A DNA stretch of 64,000 nt from an uncultured Syntrophaceae bacterium (GCA_964610735.1 CAZSYH010000001.1:24642-88641); one strand, 5' to 3'. Counted from the stretch's first letter, positions 9,539-18,799 are shown. Program-made: numbers and translations. Notes: generated by a model not told the origin, from the letters alone.

Positions 9539-10123
9539 ATGGAAAAAGAATTGGTAACGATACAGGATACAACAGCGAATCCGGCGCCTCTGGGTCTTAT
9601 GGCCTTCGGGATGACAACTGTACTCCTGAATATTCACAACGCGGGTTTCTATCCTATGGATTCGATGATACTGGCAATGGGAATATTTTACGGAGGTCTG
9701 GCACAGGTAATCGCAGGTATTATGGAGTGGAAGAAAAACAATACCTTCGGGACAACGGCATTTACTTCCTACGGTCTTTTCTGGCTCAGTCTGGTTTTTC
9801 TGGTGCTGATGCCGAAGTTAGGGTGGTGGAACGGTCCGACGAGCGGCTCGATGGCAACGTATCTCTTCATGTGGGGACTCTTTACCTTCCTTATGTTTAT
9901 TGCCACGTTAAAGGCAAACAGGGCCCTTCAGGTTGTGTTCTTTACGCTGACCCTGCTGTTTTTCCTCCTGGCCTGGGGCGACGCGTCGGGAAGTGTAACT
10001 GTGAAACATATTGCGGGCTATGAGGGAATCTTCTGCGGATTCTCGGCAATTTACGCCGCCATGGCACAGGTGTGGAATGAGATGTACGGAAAAACCATAT
10101 TACCCCTGGGTCCGGTAAAGTAG
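9539..10123 (+). CDS. satP: acetate/succinate uptake channel, GPR1/FUN34/YaaH (SatP) family
   Basis: Signature [14 protein letters not shown], six hydrophobic helices, and a YEG...F motif near the C-terminus. SD AAGGAGAAAG lies upstream. Confidence 0.9.
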   Translation: MEKELVTIQDTTANPAPLGLMAFGMTTVLLNIHNAGFYPMDSMILAMGIFYGGLAQVIAGIMEWKKNNTFGTTAFTSYGLFWLSLVFLVLMPKLGWWNGPTSGSMATYLFMWGLFTFLMFIATLKANRALQVVFFTLTLLFFLLAWGDASGSVTVKHIAGYEGIFCGFSAIYAAMAQVWNEMYGKTILPLGPVK

Positions 10124-10243
10124 AGATTAACTAATCAGAAATATATACAAAACCACTTTGGAAATTGGGTATAACCATATCATGATATTAGATTTAGAGA
10201 TTCTCTCCGATTTATTATAACGGGGGGATAAGATAATGTGAAA

Positions 10244-10275
10244 GGCCCCGCCTTCGAGCGGGGTTTTTCATTTTT
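10244..10275 (+). terminator. rho-independent terminator after satP
   Basis: Stem CCCCGC (10246-10251) pairs with GCGGGG (10258-10263) across the loop CTTCGA, followed by TTTTTCATTTTT. Confidence 0.7.
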
Positions 10276-10345
10276 CTAAATCCTTTTTCTGGCATCAAGA
10301 TCTTCCATACGCGGGCGCTGAATAAAGTTTTAGAGGAATTTTTGA

Positions 10346-11515
10346 ATGGTCGTATACAAAAAAGCTTCATTATGCCAGCCGGAGAATTTTCGGGAAATGT
10401 ATCTCTTCGCCTTTATTGTATGTGTATGCATCCTTGTGACACCATCCCTTTCTTTCTCGGGAGATGCAGTCGGTGAAAATGAACCTCTCAATGTAAAAAT
10501 CGGCCAGATGATTATGGTTGGTTTTCGTGGGCTTACAGTCAATGACAAGAGTCCAGTGATAGCCGATATAAAAAAGAGGAAAATAGGAGGCGTTATCCTC
10601 TTTGACTATGATGTGCCATCCCAGTCACCGGTAAGAAATATCGAATCTCCTGATCAGGTGCGATCCCTTGTTAGTGCATTACAAGAAGCGTCTTACATCC
10701 CTCTTTTTATCGCAATCGATCAGGAAGGCGGAAAGGTGAACAGACTCAAGGAGAGGTTCGGCTTTCCGCCAACTGTTTCGGAGGGATATCTCGGGAGGAT
10801 CGATGACCCCGAAGTCACAAAAAAATACGCTGAGAGAACGGCGGAGACTCTCGCCGCTCTCGGTATAAACCTGAATTTTGCGCCCGTTGTTGATCTAAAT
10901 ATAAACCCGGATAATCCGGTGATAGGAAAAATTGAGAGAAGTTTTTCGGCTGATACAGAGGTGGTAATTAGGCACTCAATGGTAACCATTGATGCATTTC
11001 ACACCCACGGTATTCTCTCGGCGATCAAACACTTTCCGGGACATGGAAGCTCCACGGCTGATTCCCACAAGAGATTCGTGGATGTGACTGAAAGCTGGTC
11101 GCCAGATGAATTAAAACCATTTGAGGCCATTATTCAATCAGGGAACTGCGACATGGTAATGACAGCCCACATTTTTAACGCCAGGCTCGATCCCCTCTGG
11201 CCGGCAACCCTTTCTCACAGAATAATCGGCGGAATACTGAGGGATGACATGAGATTCAATGGCGTAGTTGCTTCCGATGACATGCAGATGAATGCAATAC
11301 GTTCCTTTTACGGACTCGAAATAGCAATCAAGATGGCAATCGGCGCCGGTTGCGACATACTTGTCTTCGCAAACAATTCCACATTTGATGAGAACATTGC
11401 CGGGCGGGCCATCGACGTAATAAAAAAGCTTGTGGCCGAGGGGGAGATAAAAAACAAAAGGATAGATGAATCCTACAGTAGAATAATAAGACTCAAGGAG
11501 AAGCTGAAACAATAG
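10346..11515 (+). CDS. glycoside hydrolase family 3 beta-N-acetylhexosaminidase (NagZ-like), secreted/periplasmic
   Basis: Motifs IDQEGGKVNRL, KHFPGHGSSTADSH and VASDDMQM. A hydrophobic signal-like N-terminus is present (alternative start at 10397, MYLFAFIVCVCILV). Confidence 0.85.
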   Translation: MVVYKKASLCQPENFREMYLFAFIVCVCILVTPSLSFSGDAVGENEPLNVKIGQMIMVGFRGLTVNDKSPVIADIKKRKIGGVILFDYDVPSQSPVRNIESPDQVRSLVSALQEASYIPLFIAIDQEGGKVNRLKERFGFPPTVSEGYLGRIDDPEVTKKYAERTAETLAALGINLNFAPVVDLNINPDNPVIGKIERSFSADTEVVIRHSMVTIDAFHTHGILSAIKHFPGHGSSTADSHKRFVDVTESWSPDELKPFEAIIQSGNCDMVMTAHIFNARLDPLWPATLSHRIIGGILRDDMRFNGVVASDDMQMNAIRSFYGLEIAIKMAIGAGCDILVFANNSTFDENIAGRAIDVIKKLVAEGEIKNKRIDESYSRIIRLKEKLKQ

Positions 11516-11540
11516 CCTGCCTGATTGGAAAAAGGTGCCC

Positions 11541-12869
11541 TTACCGGTCAATCTTTCTGAGATAATCAAGTGTCTCCATCTGATCCTGTAGCGGAGGGAT
11601 GGAGCCAGGCTTGACTTCAATTGGAAGTTTCTTTCCCATCATTTCCATCAGCTCTCTCAGGGCAACAAACATATCCACCGGAGGGAGTCCATTGTTCGTC
11701 AGGTGGCGGATCAGCTTGAAGGTCTTGAACCCGTCGAACCACTGCAAAAAATGGTTAAGGAGATGAACATGATCGCCGCTGTTCTCTACGAGCCGGCGCC
11801 ATACTTCTCCGAATCGATTCACGCGCAGGAACACATCGAGAGATGGGTACATATCCCCGGCACGAGCCAGTATGGTCTCCGGATCCATGTCGCTGCAGGA
11901 TGACATGTGCCCGAGCCATTCCTTCAATACCGCAAAGGATCGAGGGTTGTACAGACTGTAATCCTTTTCCTTCCCTTGGATGAAACTGATGACCCTCTTG
12001 CCCGTGCCGAATGGGACACGGCAAGAGACCCTCGAAGAGGGGTGAACTGTGGTGGTTTTTATCCTTCCCATCCTGCGGATCTTCGAAAGCTTGTCAAGAA
12101 AATAGAAGTCCTCCCCTGCCCTCCTTTTATTCATGCCCCTTACAGTCGCGTATCCCTCCGCAGTGCATACCATGGTGGAACCTATGGAATGAAAGGCATA
12201 GGGTGATCCGGCCCAGCGCAGACCGAGAACATAATAGCGGAGAAATATCTCGTAACAGCAGATAGCGGCCTGTTCATCAGCAGAGTCCGCGTCCTGGTGC
12301 TTAAAGGCAATTACAGATGTGGTAGCCCTTTCTTTTTCAAAGAAGTCTCGCACGGCAGAGAGATAATTGGGCTCGACCAGTGTGTCGGCATCCAGGCAGA
12401 AGATGAGCTTCGGACAATCCTTATCATAGTTAAATATTTCCAGCGCGAGATCCAGGCCAATCTTTCTCGCAAACCCTACACCCGCGGTTTTACCCGGCAT
12501 TTCCAGCCCGGGCGAAGAGGCGTCGACATACGCGATTCGCAAACCGCTCTGCCTGACACCGTTAAATAACACCGGCGACTGTTCCCTGTTACCCAGCACC
12601 TTAAGTGTGTACTGATTGTCGGCAAATTCATCCGCCGGAACATTGTCCACGTCCCCGTTGTTTATTACGCAGACAACCAGCGTACGTGAAAGCTCGGTCC
12701 GCGGATTTTCGGAAAGGCTGGCAAGGGTCTTGAAGATATGACCTGATTCGGCAAGAGCGGGAATCACAACAACATTATCAATTACATCAAAAGATTCCGA
12801 AATGATGTTCCATCTGTTCCCGACGGAGTAATTCGCCAGATATTTCTCAATGTTTCCGGGGATAGTCAT
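11541..12869 (-). CDS. GT-A fold (family 2-like) glycosyltransferase-like protein with an unassigned C-terminal half
   Basis: 442 aa. It has the N-terminal VVVIPALAE strand and a CLDADTLVEP (DxD-like) motif, plus GEDFYFLDKL. Its ATG overlaps the miaA stop (ATGA at 12866-12869). Confidence 0.55.
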   Translation of the reverse strand: MTIPGNIEKYLANYSVGNRWNIISESFDVIDNVVVIPALAESGHIFKTLASLSENPRTELSRTLVVCVINNGDVDNVPADEFADNQYTLKVLGNREQSPVLFNGVRQSGLRIAYVDASSPGLEMPGKTAGVGFARKIGLDLALEIFNYDKDCPKLIFCLDADTLVEPNYLSAVRDFFEKERATTSVIAFKHQDADSADEQAAICCYEIFLRYYVLGLRWAGSPYAFHSIGSTMVCTAEGYATVRGMNKRRAGEDFYFLDKLSKIRRMGRIKTTTVHPSSRVSCRVPFGTGKRVISFIQGKEKDYSLYNPRSFAVLKEWLGHMSSCSDMDPETILARAGDMYPSLDVFLRVNRFGEVWRRLVENSGDHVHLLNHFLQWFDGFKTFKLIRHLTNNGLPPVDMFVALRELMEMMGKKLPIEVKPGSIPPLQDQMETLDYLRKIDR

Positions 12870-13789
12870 ACAACCTGTTCCCTAACCAGTCGTTTGATCG
12901 AATCATAATCGGCATTATCCATCCAGTGAATGACAATTCCCCGCCTCTCCATACGCCTGAACCAAGTCATCTGTCTCTTGGAGAATTGGTGTATTCGAGT
13001 GTTCAACTGCTTGAACATCTCATCAAAATCCATCCTTCCCTGAAGATAGCGGCTCACATAACGATACTCCAGCCCGAAAGAGTCCAGCCTTTTCCAGCTC
13101 ACTCCCTGATCATGGAGGTTTTTGACTTCTTCGATCATTCCCATATCGATACGCCTTTTCAGGCGCGCTGTAATCCTGTCACGAAGGACACTTCTTTCCC
13201 AGCGGATACCGATGATAAAAGGATTGATTAAGGGATGCTCCACTTCTTCAACAAATTCATGCATTTTTGAGTGTTCAGCGATCTCGATAGCTCGGACAAG
13301 ACGGTTCCTCTCCTGTGTATCTGTCGTATTGTGCAAAGCGGAGTTGCTTTTAAAGAAACGTTCTCTCATGGTATCCATATCCATTTTCTGGAGTTCCCCG
13401 CGCAGAGCGGGATCTTCCGGAACCTCAAGCATGCGGTAACCTTTGACTACCGCTTCCAGATAGAGTCCTGTTCCGCCTGCCATAACAGGGATAGTCCCAC
13501 GGCCGGAAATCTCTGAAAAACAACGATAAAACATCTTCTGATACTCAAAAAGATTGAACTCATGACCGACATCAACGATATCTATCAGGTGATATGGAAC
13601 CTCTACACCATCCACCAGAAATTCCGAGATATCCTTGCCCGTTCCCAGATCCATCCCCCTGTAAACCTGACGCGAATCGGAGGAGATGACTTCTGAGCCG
13701 AGATCCCTCGCGAGTCTGGCAGCAACTCTCGTCTTACCGGAAGCGGTTGGTCCCAGTATAACTATAAGATTGTACCCTTCCCTTTTCAT
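12866..13789 (-). CDS. miaA: tRNA dimethylallyltransferase MiaA
   Basis: P-loop ILGPTASGKT, then SSDSRQVYRGMDLGTGK and a C-terminal FSKRQMTWFRR motif. Start chosen at MKREGYNLIV (13789); the ORF opens at 13882. Confidence 0.9.
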   Translation of the reverse strand: MKREGYNLIVILGPTASGKTRVAARLARDLGSEVISSDSRQVYRGMDLGTGKDISEFLVDGVEVPYHLIDIVDVGHEFNLFEYQKMFYRCFSEISGRGTIPVMAGGTGLYLEAVVKGYRMLEVPEDPALRGELQKMDMDTMRERFFKSNSALHNTTDTQERNRLVRAIEIAEHSKMHEFVEEVEHPLINPFIIGIRWERSVLRDRITARLKRRIDMGMIEEVKNLHDQGVSWKRLDSFGLEYRYVSRYLQGRMDFDEMFKQLNTRIHQFSKRQMTWFRRMERRGIVIHWMDNADYDSIKRLVREQVV

Positions 13790-13872
13790 TTGTTTACGAA
13801 TCACTTTTTTTAATGTATTACGAACGCGTATTTGAGATTGATATACGAATGCCACATAACCTACACTGATAT

Positions 13873-15231
13873 ATGAAGACAAATAAAGAAAAAAATCTGC
13901 TCGATCTGGGAAAAGATCCGATCGTCTCCCTGCTTCTCAAAATGAGTTTGCCGTCGGTGGTGGCAATGCTTGTCATGGCGATGTACAATGTGGTGGACAC
14001 ATTCTGGATAGCCAGGATCAGCCCGGAGGCCATCGCGGCGCTTACCATCTGTTTTCCCATTCAGATACTGTTTGGAAGCATAGGGATGGGAACCGGCGTG
14101 GGCGCGGGTTCCTTTGCCTCCCGCATGTTCGGAGCGGGGAACAATTCAAGGGCTAACGGGACAGCGGGACAGATCATCTTTCTTTCCGCATTCTTCGGAA
14201 TAATAATCATCCTTTCAGGCACCATTTTCTGTGAGCCGGTGTTGAAATTCTTCGGCGCCACGGAAAATATACTTCCTCTCTCGAAAAGGTATCTGGAGAT
14301 TGTTGTATTCGGCACACCCTTTCTGTTTTTTATGATGATGTCGGATTATCTCTTCCGGGCGGAGGGTAATCCGAATGTGCCCATGTTCGTCATCATAACA
14401 TCGGCAGTATTGAACGCGATCCTCGACCCCTTTCTTATTTTCGGATGGGGGCCCTTTCCGGAAATGGGAATCAGGGGAGCGGCCATAGCGACTGTAATAG
14501 CCCAGTTCTCAACCTTCTTTCTTTCCGTGTACTTTCTTTTCTCACTCCGCTCCGGGTATCATGTAAAGTTTAGAGATATCATCCCGAGATGGTCTATTAT
14601 AATACCCATCTACAGTGTAGGTTTTCCATCTTTTATCACCAATATCGCGATGAGCGCGGTGCTTGTAATCTATAACCATAAGCTGGGAAGTTTCGGCTAT
14701 CTGGCGATTGCCACACTGGGACTTGGATTCCGGATAAACGGGTTATTTATGATGGTACTCTTCGGGGTAGGACATGGTGTAATGCCCATGACAGGCTTTA
14801 ATTACGGGGCACGCAATTACACCCGCATCAGAGAAATAGCGCGCGTGACCACGAGATTTTCAGCGCTTATAGGAGGGATAAGTTTTCTCCTTATTGAAAT
14901 ATTTGCCCGTCCATTGCTGGAAGCCTTTACGCGTGACCCTGAACTTCTCGCCATCGCCGTTCCCGGATTGAGGATGTATATCGCCACACAGATACTCGTG
15001 GGGCCAATGATTGTATGGATCAATATCCTGCTTGGCATGGGAAGGGGACTGGCCGCCATGATATTGTTAGTCGGCCGCCAGTTTCTGTTTGTGGTGCCTC
15101 TGATTTACATAATGCCCTTTTACTTCGGACTGGACGGTGTGTGGATGGCGCAACCCGTCTCAAATGTCATATCGTTCTCTATAATATTTTTCTGGATAAA
15201 AGGAGAGATGCGCAGGCTGAGGGAGACGTAA
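13873..15231 (+). CDS. MATE family multidrug/toxic-compound efflux transporter
   Basis: 452 aa with about 12 TM segments. The N-terminus P.VV.ML..A.YN.VDT.W..R....A.AA is typical of MATE (NorM/DinF-like) proteins. Confidence 0.9.
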   Translation: MKTNKEKNLLDLGKDPIVSLLLKMSLPSVVAMLVMAMYNVVDTFWIARISPEAIAALTICFPIQILFGSIGMGTGVGAGSFASRMFGAGNNSRANGTAGQIIFLSAFFGIIIILSGTIFCEPVLKFFGATENILPLSKRYLEIVVFGTPFLFFMMMSDYLFRAEGNPNVPMFVIITSAVLNAILDPFLIFGWGPFPEMGIRGAAIATVIAQFSTFFLSVYFLFSLRSGYHVKFRDIIPRWSIIIPIYSVGFPSFITNIAMSAVLVIYNHKLGSFGYLAIATLGLGFRINGLFMMVLFGVGHGVMPMTGFNYGARNYTRIREIARVTTRFSALIGGISFLLIEIFARPLLEAFTRDPELLAIAVPGLRMYIATQILVGPMIVWINILLGMGRGLAAMILLVGRQFLFVVPLIYIMPFYFGLDGVWMAQPVSNVISFSIIFFWIKGEMRRLRET

Positions 15232-15332
15232 CCGGAACTTTAACCTATTGAATCATCTCCCGATTAGTTGTAGTTAATTAAAGTAAAATAAGCGTATTGT
15301 CGACAATTAATCAGGTGTGATTATAGCGGGTT

Positions 15333-15356
15333 CAAGGAGTCAAGGAGTCAAGGAGT
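15333..15356. repeat. perfect 8-bp tandem repeat (CAAGGAGT)x3, with a fourth degenerate copy TAAGGAGT at 15379-15386
   Basis: Read directly: ttCAAGGAGTCAAGGAGTCAAGGAGTcc. It lies in the 163-bp convergent intergenic region between the MATE and SLT genes. Confidence 0.9.
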
Positions 15357-15394
15357 CCAGTAAAAGGCAAAAAACTACTAAGGAGTATTGACGT

Positions 15395-15982
15395 CTATCC
15401 TTCCCGGAATATCTTATAATACTTCATAACCTTGTTTACGTAATTCTCTGTCTCCCTTATCGGAGGAATCCCGCTGGAGCGGTCAACGTTGTCGGGACCA
15501 GCATTGTAAGCAGCAAGCGCCAGATGAATCTTGCCGTTGAAACGATTCAACAACTGCTTGAGATAGAGCGCTCCTCCCATAATGCTCTCTTCAGGATTAA
15601 AGGGGTCTTTTATCCCGAGAGCATTGAAATTGGAGGGCATTATCTGCATGAGCCCCTTTGCCCCCTTTTTTGATACAGCTTTCGGGTTAAAATCTGATTC
15701 TACCTTCATTATGGCCTTTAGCAGCGGAAAGGAGACACCATGCATCCTGGACGCCTCCCTGATATGTTCGTCATATCTGTCTGCCGAACGCGACCTGGAG
15801 AATCTCTTTCTTTCCTTTATAAGTACCTGATATCTGGGTGTCGGAGGTACAAGATTTGTAAAACAGGTAGTGCCGTTTCTATCAACATACATATAGATAT
15901 CCGCGTACAGGAACGGCACAGCTGCGAATAAAACCGCCACTGCAACCAGGACTACCAGGTATCTATGATCCCGGACCATCAT
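15395..15982 (-). CDS. lytic transglycosylase (SLT domain) with N-terminal signal/anchor
   Basis: Catalytic-region motif MKVESDFNPKAVSKKGAKGLMQIMP, followed by AYNAGPDNV. Hydrophobic N-terminus LVVLVAVAVLFAAV. Confidence 0.85.
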   Translation of the reverse strand: MMVRDHRYLVVLVAVAVLFAAVPFLYADIYMYVDRNGTTCFTNLVPPTPRYQVLIKERKRFSRSRSADRYDEHIREASRMHGVSFPLLKAIMKVESDFNPKAVSKKGAKGLMQIMPSNFNALGIKDPFNPEESIMGGALYLKQLLNRFNGKIHLALAAYNAGPDNVDRSSGIPPIRETENYVNKVMKYYKIFREG

Positions 15983-16041
15983 TTACTCTCAGTATTCCTT
16001 CCGTTTCAGGGTTCAAGTCACGCACGACGCTCGCATACCTC

Positions 16042-17280
16042 TTAATTCAGCAGATGAACAAATATCCCGCTGCGGGGTTTTGGCTCAAACCATGTGGATT
16101 TAGGCGGCATTATTTTGCCCATGTCCGCGATCTCCATAAGCTGATCCATAGTCATAGGACACATGGAAAAGGCCACCGCATATTTACCTGAATCCACAAG
16201 CCTTTCCAGTTCATCCATTCCCCTTATGCCACCCACGAAGAGTATCCTGTCATCAATCCTCGGATCATAAATGCCCAGAACCGGTCGTAACAGTCTGTCC
16301 TGCAGTATGGACACATCCAGCATCCCGACAGGGTCATCCTCATTCATGTTCACTTCCTTTGCCTGCAGCCTGCGCCACACACCATTCATATACATTCCGA
16401 ATTCGCCTTGGTTCTGTGGCGATCTTTCCCTGAAATCGTCCGACAGGATAAATCGTTCCTGCACCTTCCTGATAAATTGCCCTTCATCAAGCCTTCCCAG
16501 GTCTCTGACCACCCTGTTGTAATCCATAACGTTAAGCTGATCATGAGGGTACATCACAACCATTACGCGGTTGTATTCTTCTCTCCCACTGTGCTCTTCG
16601 TTCTCTTCCCGGCGCATTCTGGCAACCGCAGCTGCCGCAGCCGCCCTGTGGTGACCGTCGGCTATATACAGCGAATCCAGTTTCCCGAATTCCCGGTTTA
16701 TTTTTTCAATAAAATTTTCATCGTCCACGACCCAGACGCTATGGGCTATTTCATCATCGGATGTAAAGTCATATTCAGGATTACCCTTAACTATCTCTTT
16801 AACTATCATATCGATGGTCTTCGAAGCTTTGTACGTCAGAAATACAGGGCCAGTCTGAGCGTTTACACTGCTTATATGTCTTGTCCTGTCAAGCTCCTTG
16901 TCTTTCCTCGTTAATTCATGCCTCTTGATAAGTCCCGACTCGTAATCGGCCACGTTGACACAGGCAACAATTCCGTACTGGACATGGTCATCCATCTTCT
17001 GTCTGTAGATATAAAAGCACTCCCTCTCATCCTGAAATAGGATATCCCTCTGCAGAAAATCGTACAGGTTTTCCCTTGCCTTCTCATACACTCTATCAAA
17101 ACCGACACCATTATCCGGGAAATCCACCTCAGATTTCACGATGCGCAGAAAACTTTTTGCGTTCTTGCGCGTCAGTATCCTCGCCTCTCGTGAATCAATC
17201 ACATCATAGGGATAAGATGCAACATCCTTCACATGTTTTTTTGCCGGCCTCACAGCCCTGAACGGAGTCACCGCAACCAT
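16042..17280 (-). CDS. DUF1015 family protein (conserved, function unknown)
   Basis: N-terminus MVAVTPFRAVRP...VASYPYDVI and internal YIADGHHR are hallmarks I associate with DUF1015. The ORF opens at 17493, but the upstream 71 codons look non-coding (Cys/Arg-rich). Confidence 0.8.
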   Translation of the reverse strand: MVAVTPFRAVRPAKKHVKDVASYPYDVIDSREARILTRKNAKSFLRIVKSEVDFPDNGVGFDRVYEKARENLYDFLQRDILFQDERECFYIYRQKMDDHVQYGIVACVNVADYESGLIKRHELTRKDKELDRTRHISSVNAQTGPVFLTYKASKTIDMIVKEIVKGNPEYDFTSDDEIAHSVWVVDDENFIEKINREFGKLDSLYIADGHHRAAAAAAVARMRREENEEHSGREEYNRVMVVMYPHDQLNVMDYNRVVRDLGRLDEGQFIRKVQERFILSDDFRERSPQNQGEFGMYMNGVWRRLQAKEVNMNEDDPVGMLDVSILQDRLLRPVLGIYDPRIDDRILFVGGIRGMDELERLVDSGKYAVAFSMCPMTMDQLMEIADMGKIMPPKSTWFEPKPRSGIFVHLLN

Positions 17281-17466
17281 TGTAAACACCCCTTTTCTAT
17301 TCGGAAGCCTTGTAGCACAGTAAGCGGCATCAAAGCAATATCTTTGCCGAAAATATGCCGGCTGATTCCCATACGCGCGACAGATTCTGTCACGTCTGAT
17401 CCTTGCAAAATCTTCATTTGAATAGTATGAATCCCGCATAGCGAAAAAACAAAAGGAGATAATAAT

Positions 17467-17946
17467 ATGGGTACAATCAGGGTTTTTATACATGGCCTTG
17501 AAAGCAGCAGTCAGGGAACCAAGGGAGTCTTCTTCGGAAAAAGGTATCCCGATATGATTATAGAAGATTATCCAGGAAGCCTGGAGAACAGAATGACCAA
17601 ACTCCGCGGGATGCTTTCAGACAAAAAGGACATTGTGCTGGTCGGTTCCAGCTATGGAGGACTGATGGCAGCCATGTACGCATGTGACAATGAACATCGA
17701 ATCAAGCGGCTCATTCTGTTGGCTCCGGCCATAAACCTGGAAGAATTCAAACCCTATCTGAACCGGAAAATAGAGTTGCCTGTTATACTTTATCACGGCA
17801 ACCGGGATGATATTGTGCCCCTGGAACCGGTCCGCGAGATCGCCTTAAAAAATTTTCAAAACCTGAGTCACCACATCGTGGATGATGATCACCCGCTCAG
17901 TGAAACTTTTACATCCTTTGACTGGGACACCCTGCTCGCTGATTAG
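17467..17946 (+). CDS. small alpha/beta hydrolase (YqiA/UPF0227-like esterase)
   Basis: 159 aa with IHGLESS, a GSSYGG nucleophile elbow and a C-terminal DDDHPL (Asp/His). SD AAAGGAGA lies upstream. Confidence 0.65.
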   Translation: MGTIRVFIHGLESSSQGTKGVFFGKRYPDMIIEDYPGSLENRMTKLRGMLSDKKDIVLVGSSYGGLMAAMYACDNEHRIKRLILLAPAINLEEFKPYLNRKIELPVILYHGNRDDIVPLEPVREIALKNFQNLSHHIVDDDHPLSETFTSFDWDTLLAD

Positions 17947-17980
17947 AATCTTGACTCTTTTATAGAATTAGGATAATCGG

Positions 17981-18412
17981 ATGCTCGGAGGCTTGTGCAG
18001 TATGTATTCAAAGAAAATAGTTATTCGTTACGGGGCTGATATCGTAGATAAACCAGTGGTATACAGCCTTGTAAAAGATTTTAATCTTGCTTTCAACATA
18101 ATGAGTGCAAGGGTCTCGCCGCGGAGAGAAGGGCTGATGGTACTTGATCTTACCGGTAAGAAGAAGAACTTTGAACGGGCCATCTGCTACCTCAAGGATC
18201 TGGGCCTGAATGTTGAACCGCTTTCCAAAAGCGTTACCCAGAATGTCGATAAATGCGTGCACTGCGGCGCCTGCCTGGCATTCTGCTCACCCAGCGCCCT
18301 GTATATTGACAGGAAAACCATGAAAGTTATGTTTGATACTGAAAAGTGCAACGGCTGTGGATTGTGCGTCAAGGCCTGCCCCGCGAGAGCGATGGAAATC
18401 AATCTCCTGTAA
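17981..18412 (+). CDS. NIL domain-containing 2x[4Fe-4S] ferredoxin
   Basis: An N-terminal beta-alpha NIL-like module (IVDKPVVYSLVKDFNLAFNI..A.V) is followed by two ferredoxin motifs, CVHCGACLAFCSP and CNGCGLCVKACPA. Confidence 0.8.
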   Translation: MLGGLCSMYSKKIVIRYGADIVDKPVVYSLVKDFNLAFNIMSARVSPRREGLMVLDLTGKKKNFERAICYLKDLGLNVEPLSKSVTQNVDKCVHCGACLAFCSPSALYIDRKTMKVMFDTEKCNGCGLCVKACPARAMEINLL

Positions 18413-18413
18413 A

Positions 18414-18740
18414 TCAATCCATCGTAGCGTCTTTCTCCTTTTTAACCGATTCTCCAACCTTATCGGCCAGGATTTTCCCCTTCTCTATGATATTCTTTCC
18501 CGCATCCATCATACCTTCGCCATGGTCTCCAACCCGCTCGGCCATTTCTCTTACATTTTCGGGAAATTTGTCAGGCGCCGTGTAATAATAATATCCCAAA
18601 AGAGCGATAAACACCAAACCCGTTATCAACATCAATTTAAGCAATCCCTTGAAAATGAAGTAGATCAGCAAAAGCGCAACGGTGGCAAATATAATAAGGG
18701 CCACCGGATGAGCCGACAGATAATTGATAAGATTGTCCAC
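18414..18740 (-). CDS. small membrane protein (2 TM helices plus a charged C-terminal tail), unknown function
   Basis: 108 aa. The GTG start is preceded by an AGGAGG SD at 7-nt spacing. TM helices are VALIIFATVALLLIYFIF and LMLITGLVFIALLGYYYY. The tail is Lys/Glu/Gly-rich. Confidence 0.55.
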   Translation of the reverse strand: MDNLINYLSAHPVALIIFATVALLLIYFIFKGLLKLMLITGLVFIALLGYYYYTAPDKFPENVREMAERVGDHGEGMMDAGKNIIEKGKILADKVGESVKKEKDATMD

Positions 18741-18799
18741 AATTACAGCCTCCTGAACTTCACAGTATTTAAGCGAGTCGAATCTAGCATATACGTCCC

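Noticed and set aside
16042-17493. Long N-terminal extensions suggested by the maximal ORFs (DUF1015 to 17493, asd to 35253, rpsB to 44343, mtaB from 21135, miaA to 13882, tsaB to 37521, lptA to 752)
   Set aside because: In each case an internal ATG aligns with the conserved N-terminus of the family. The upstream codons look non-coding or overlap a neighbouring gene or promoter, so the shorter models were adopted.
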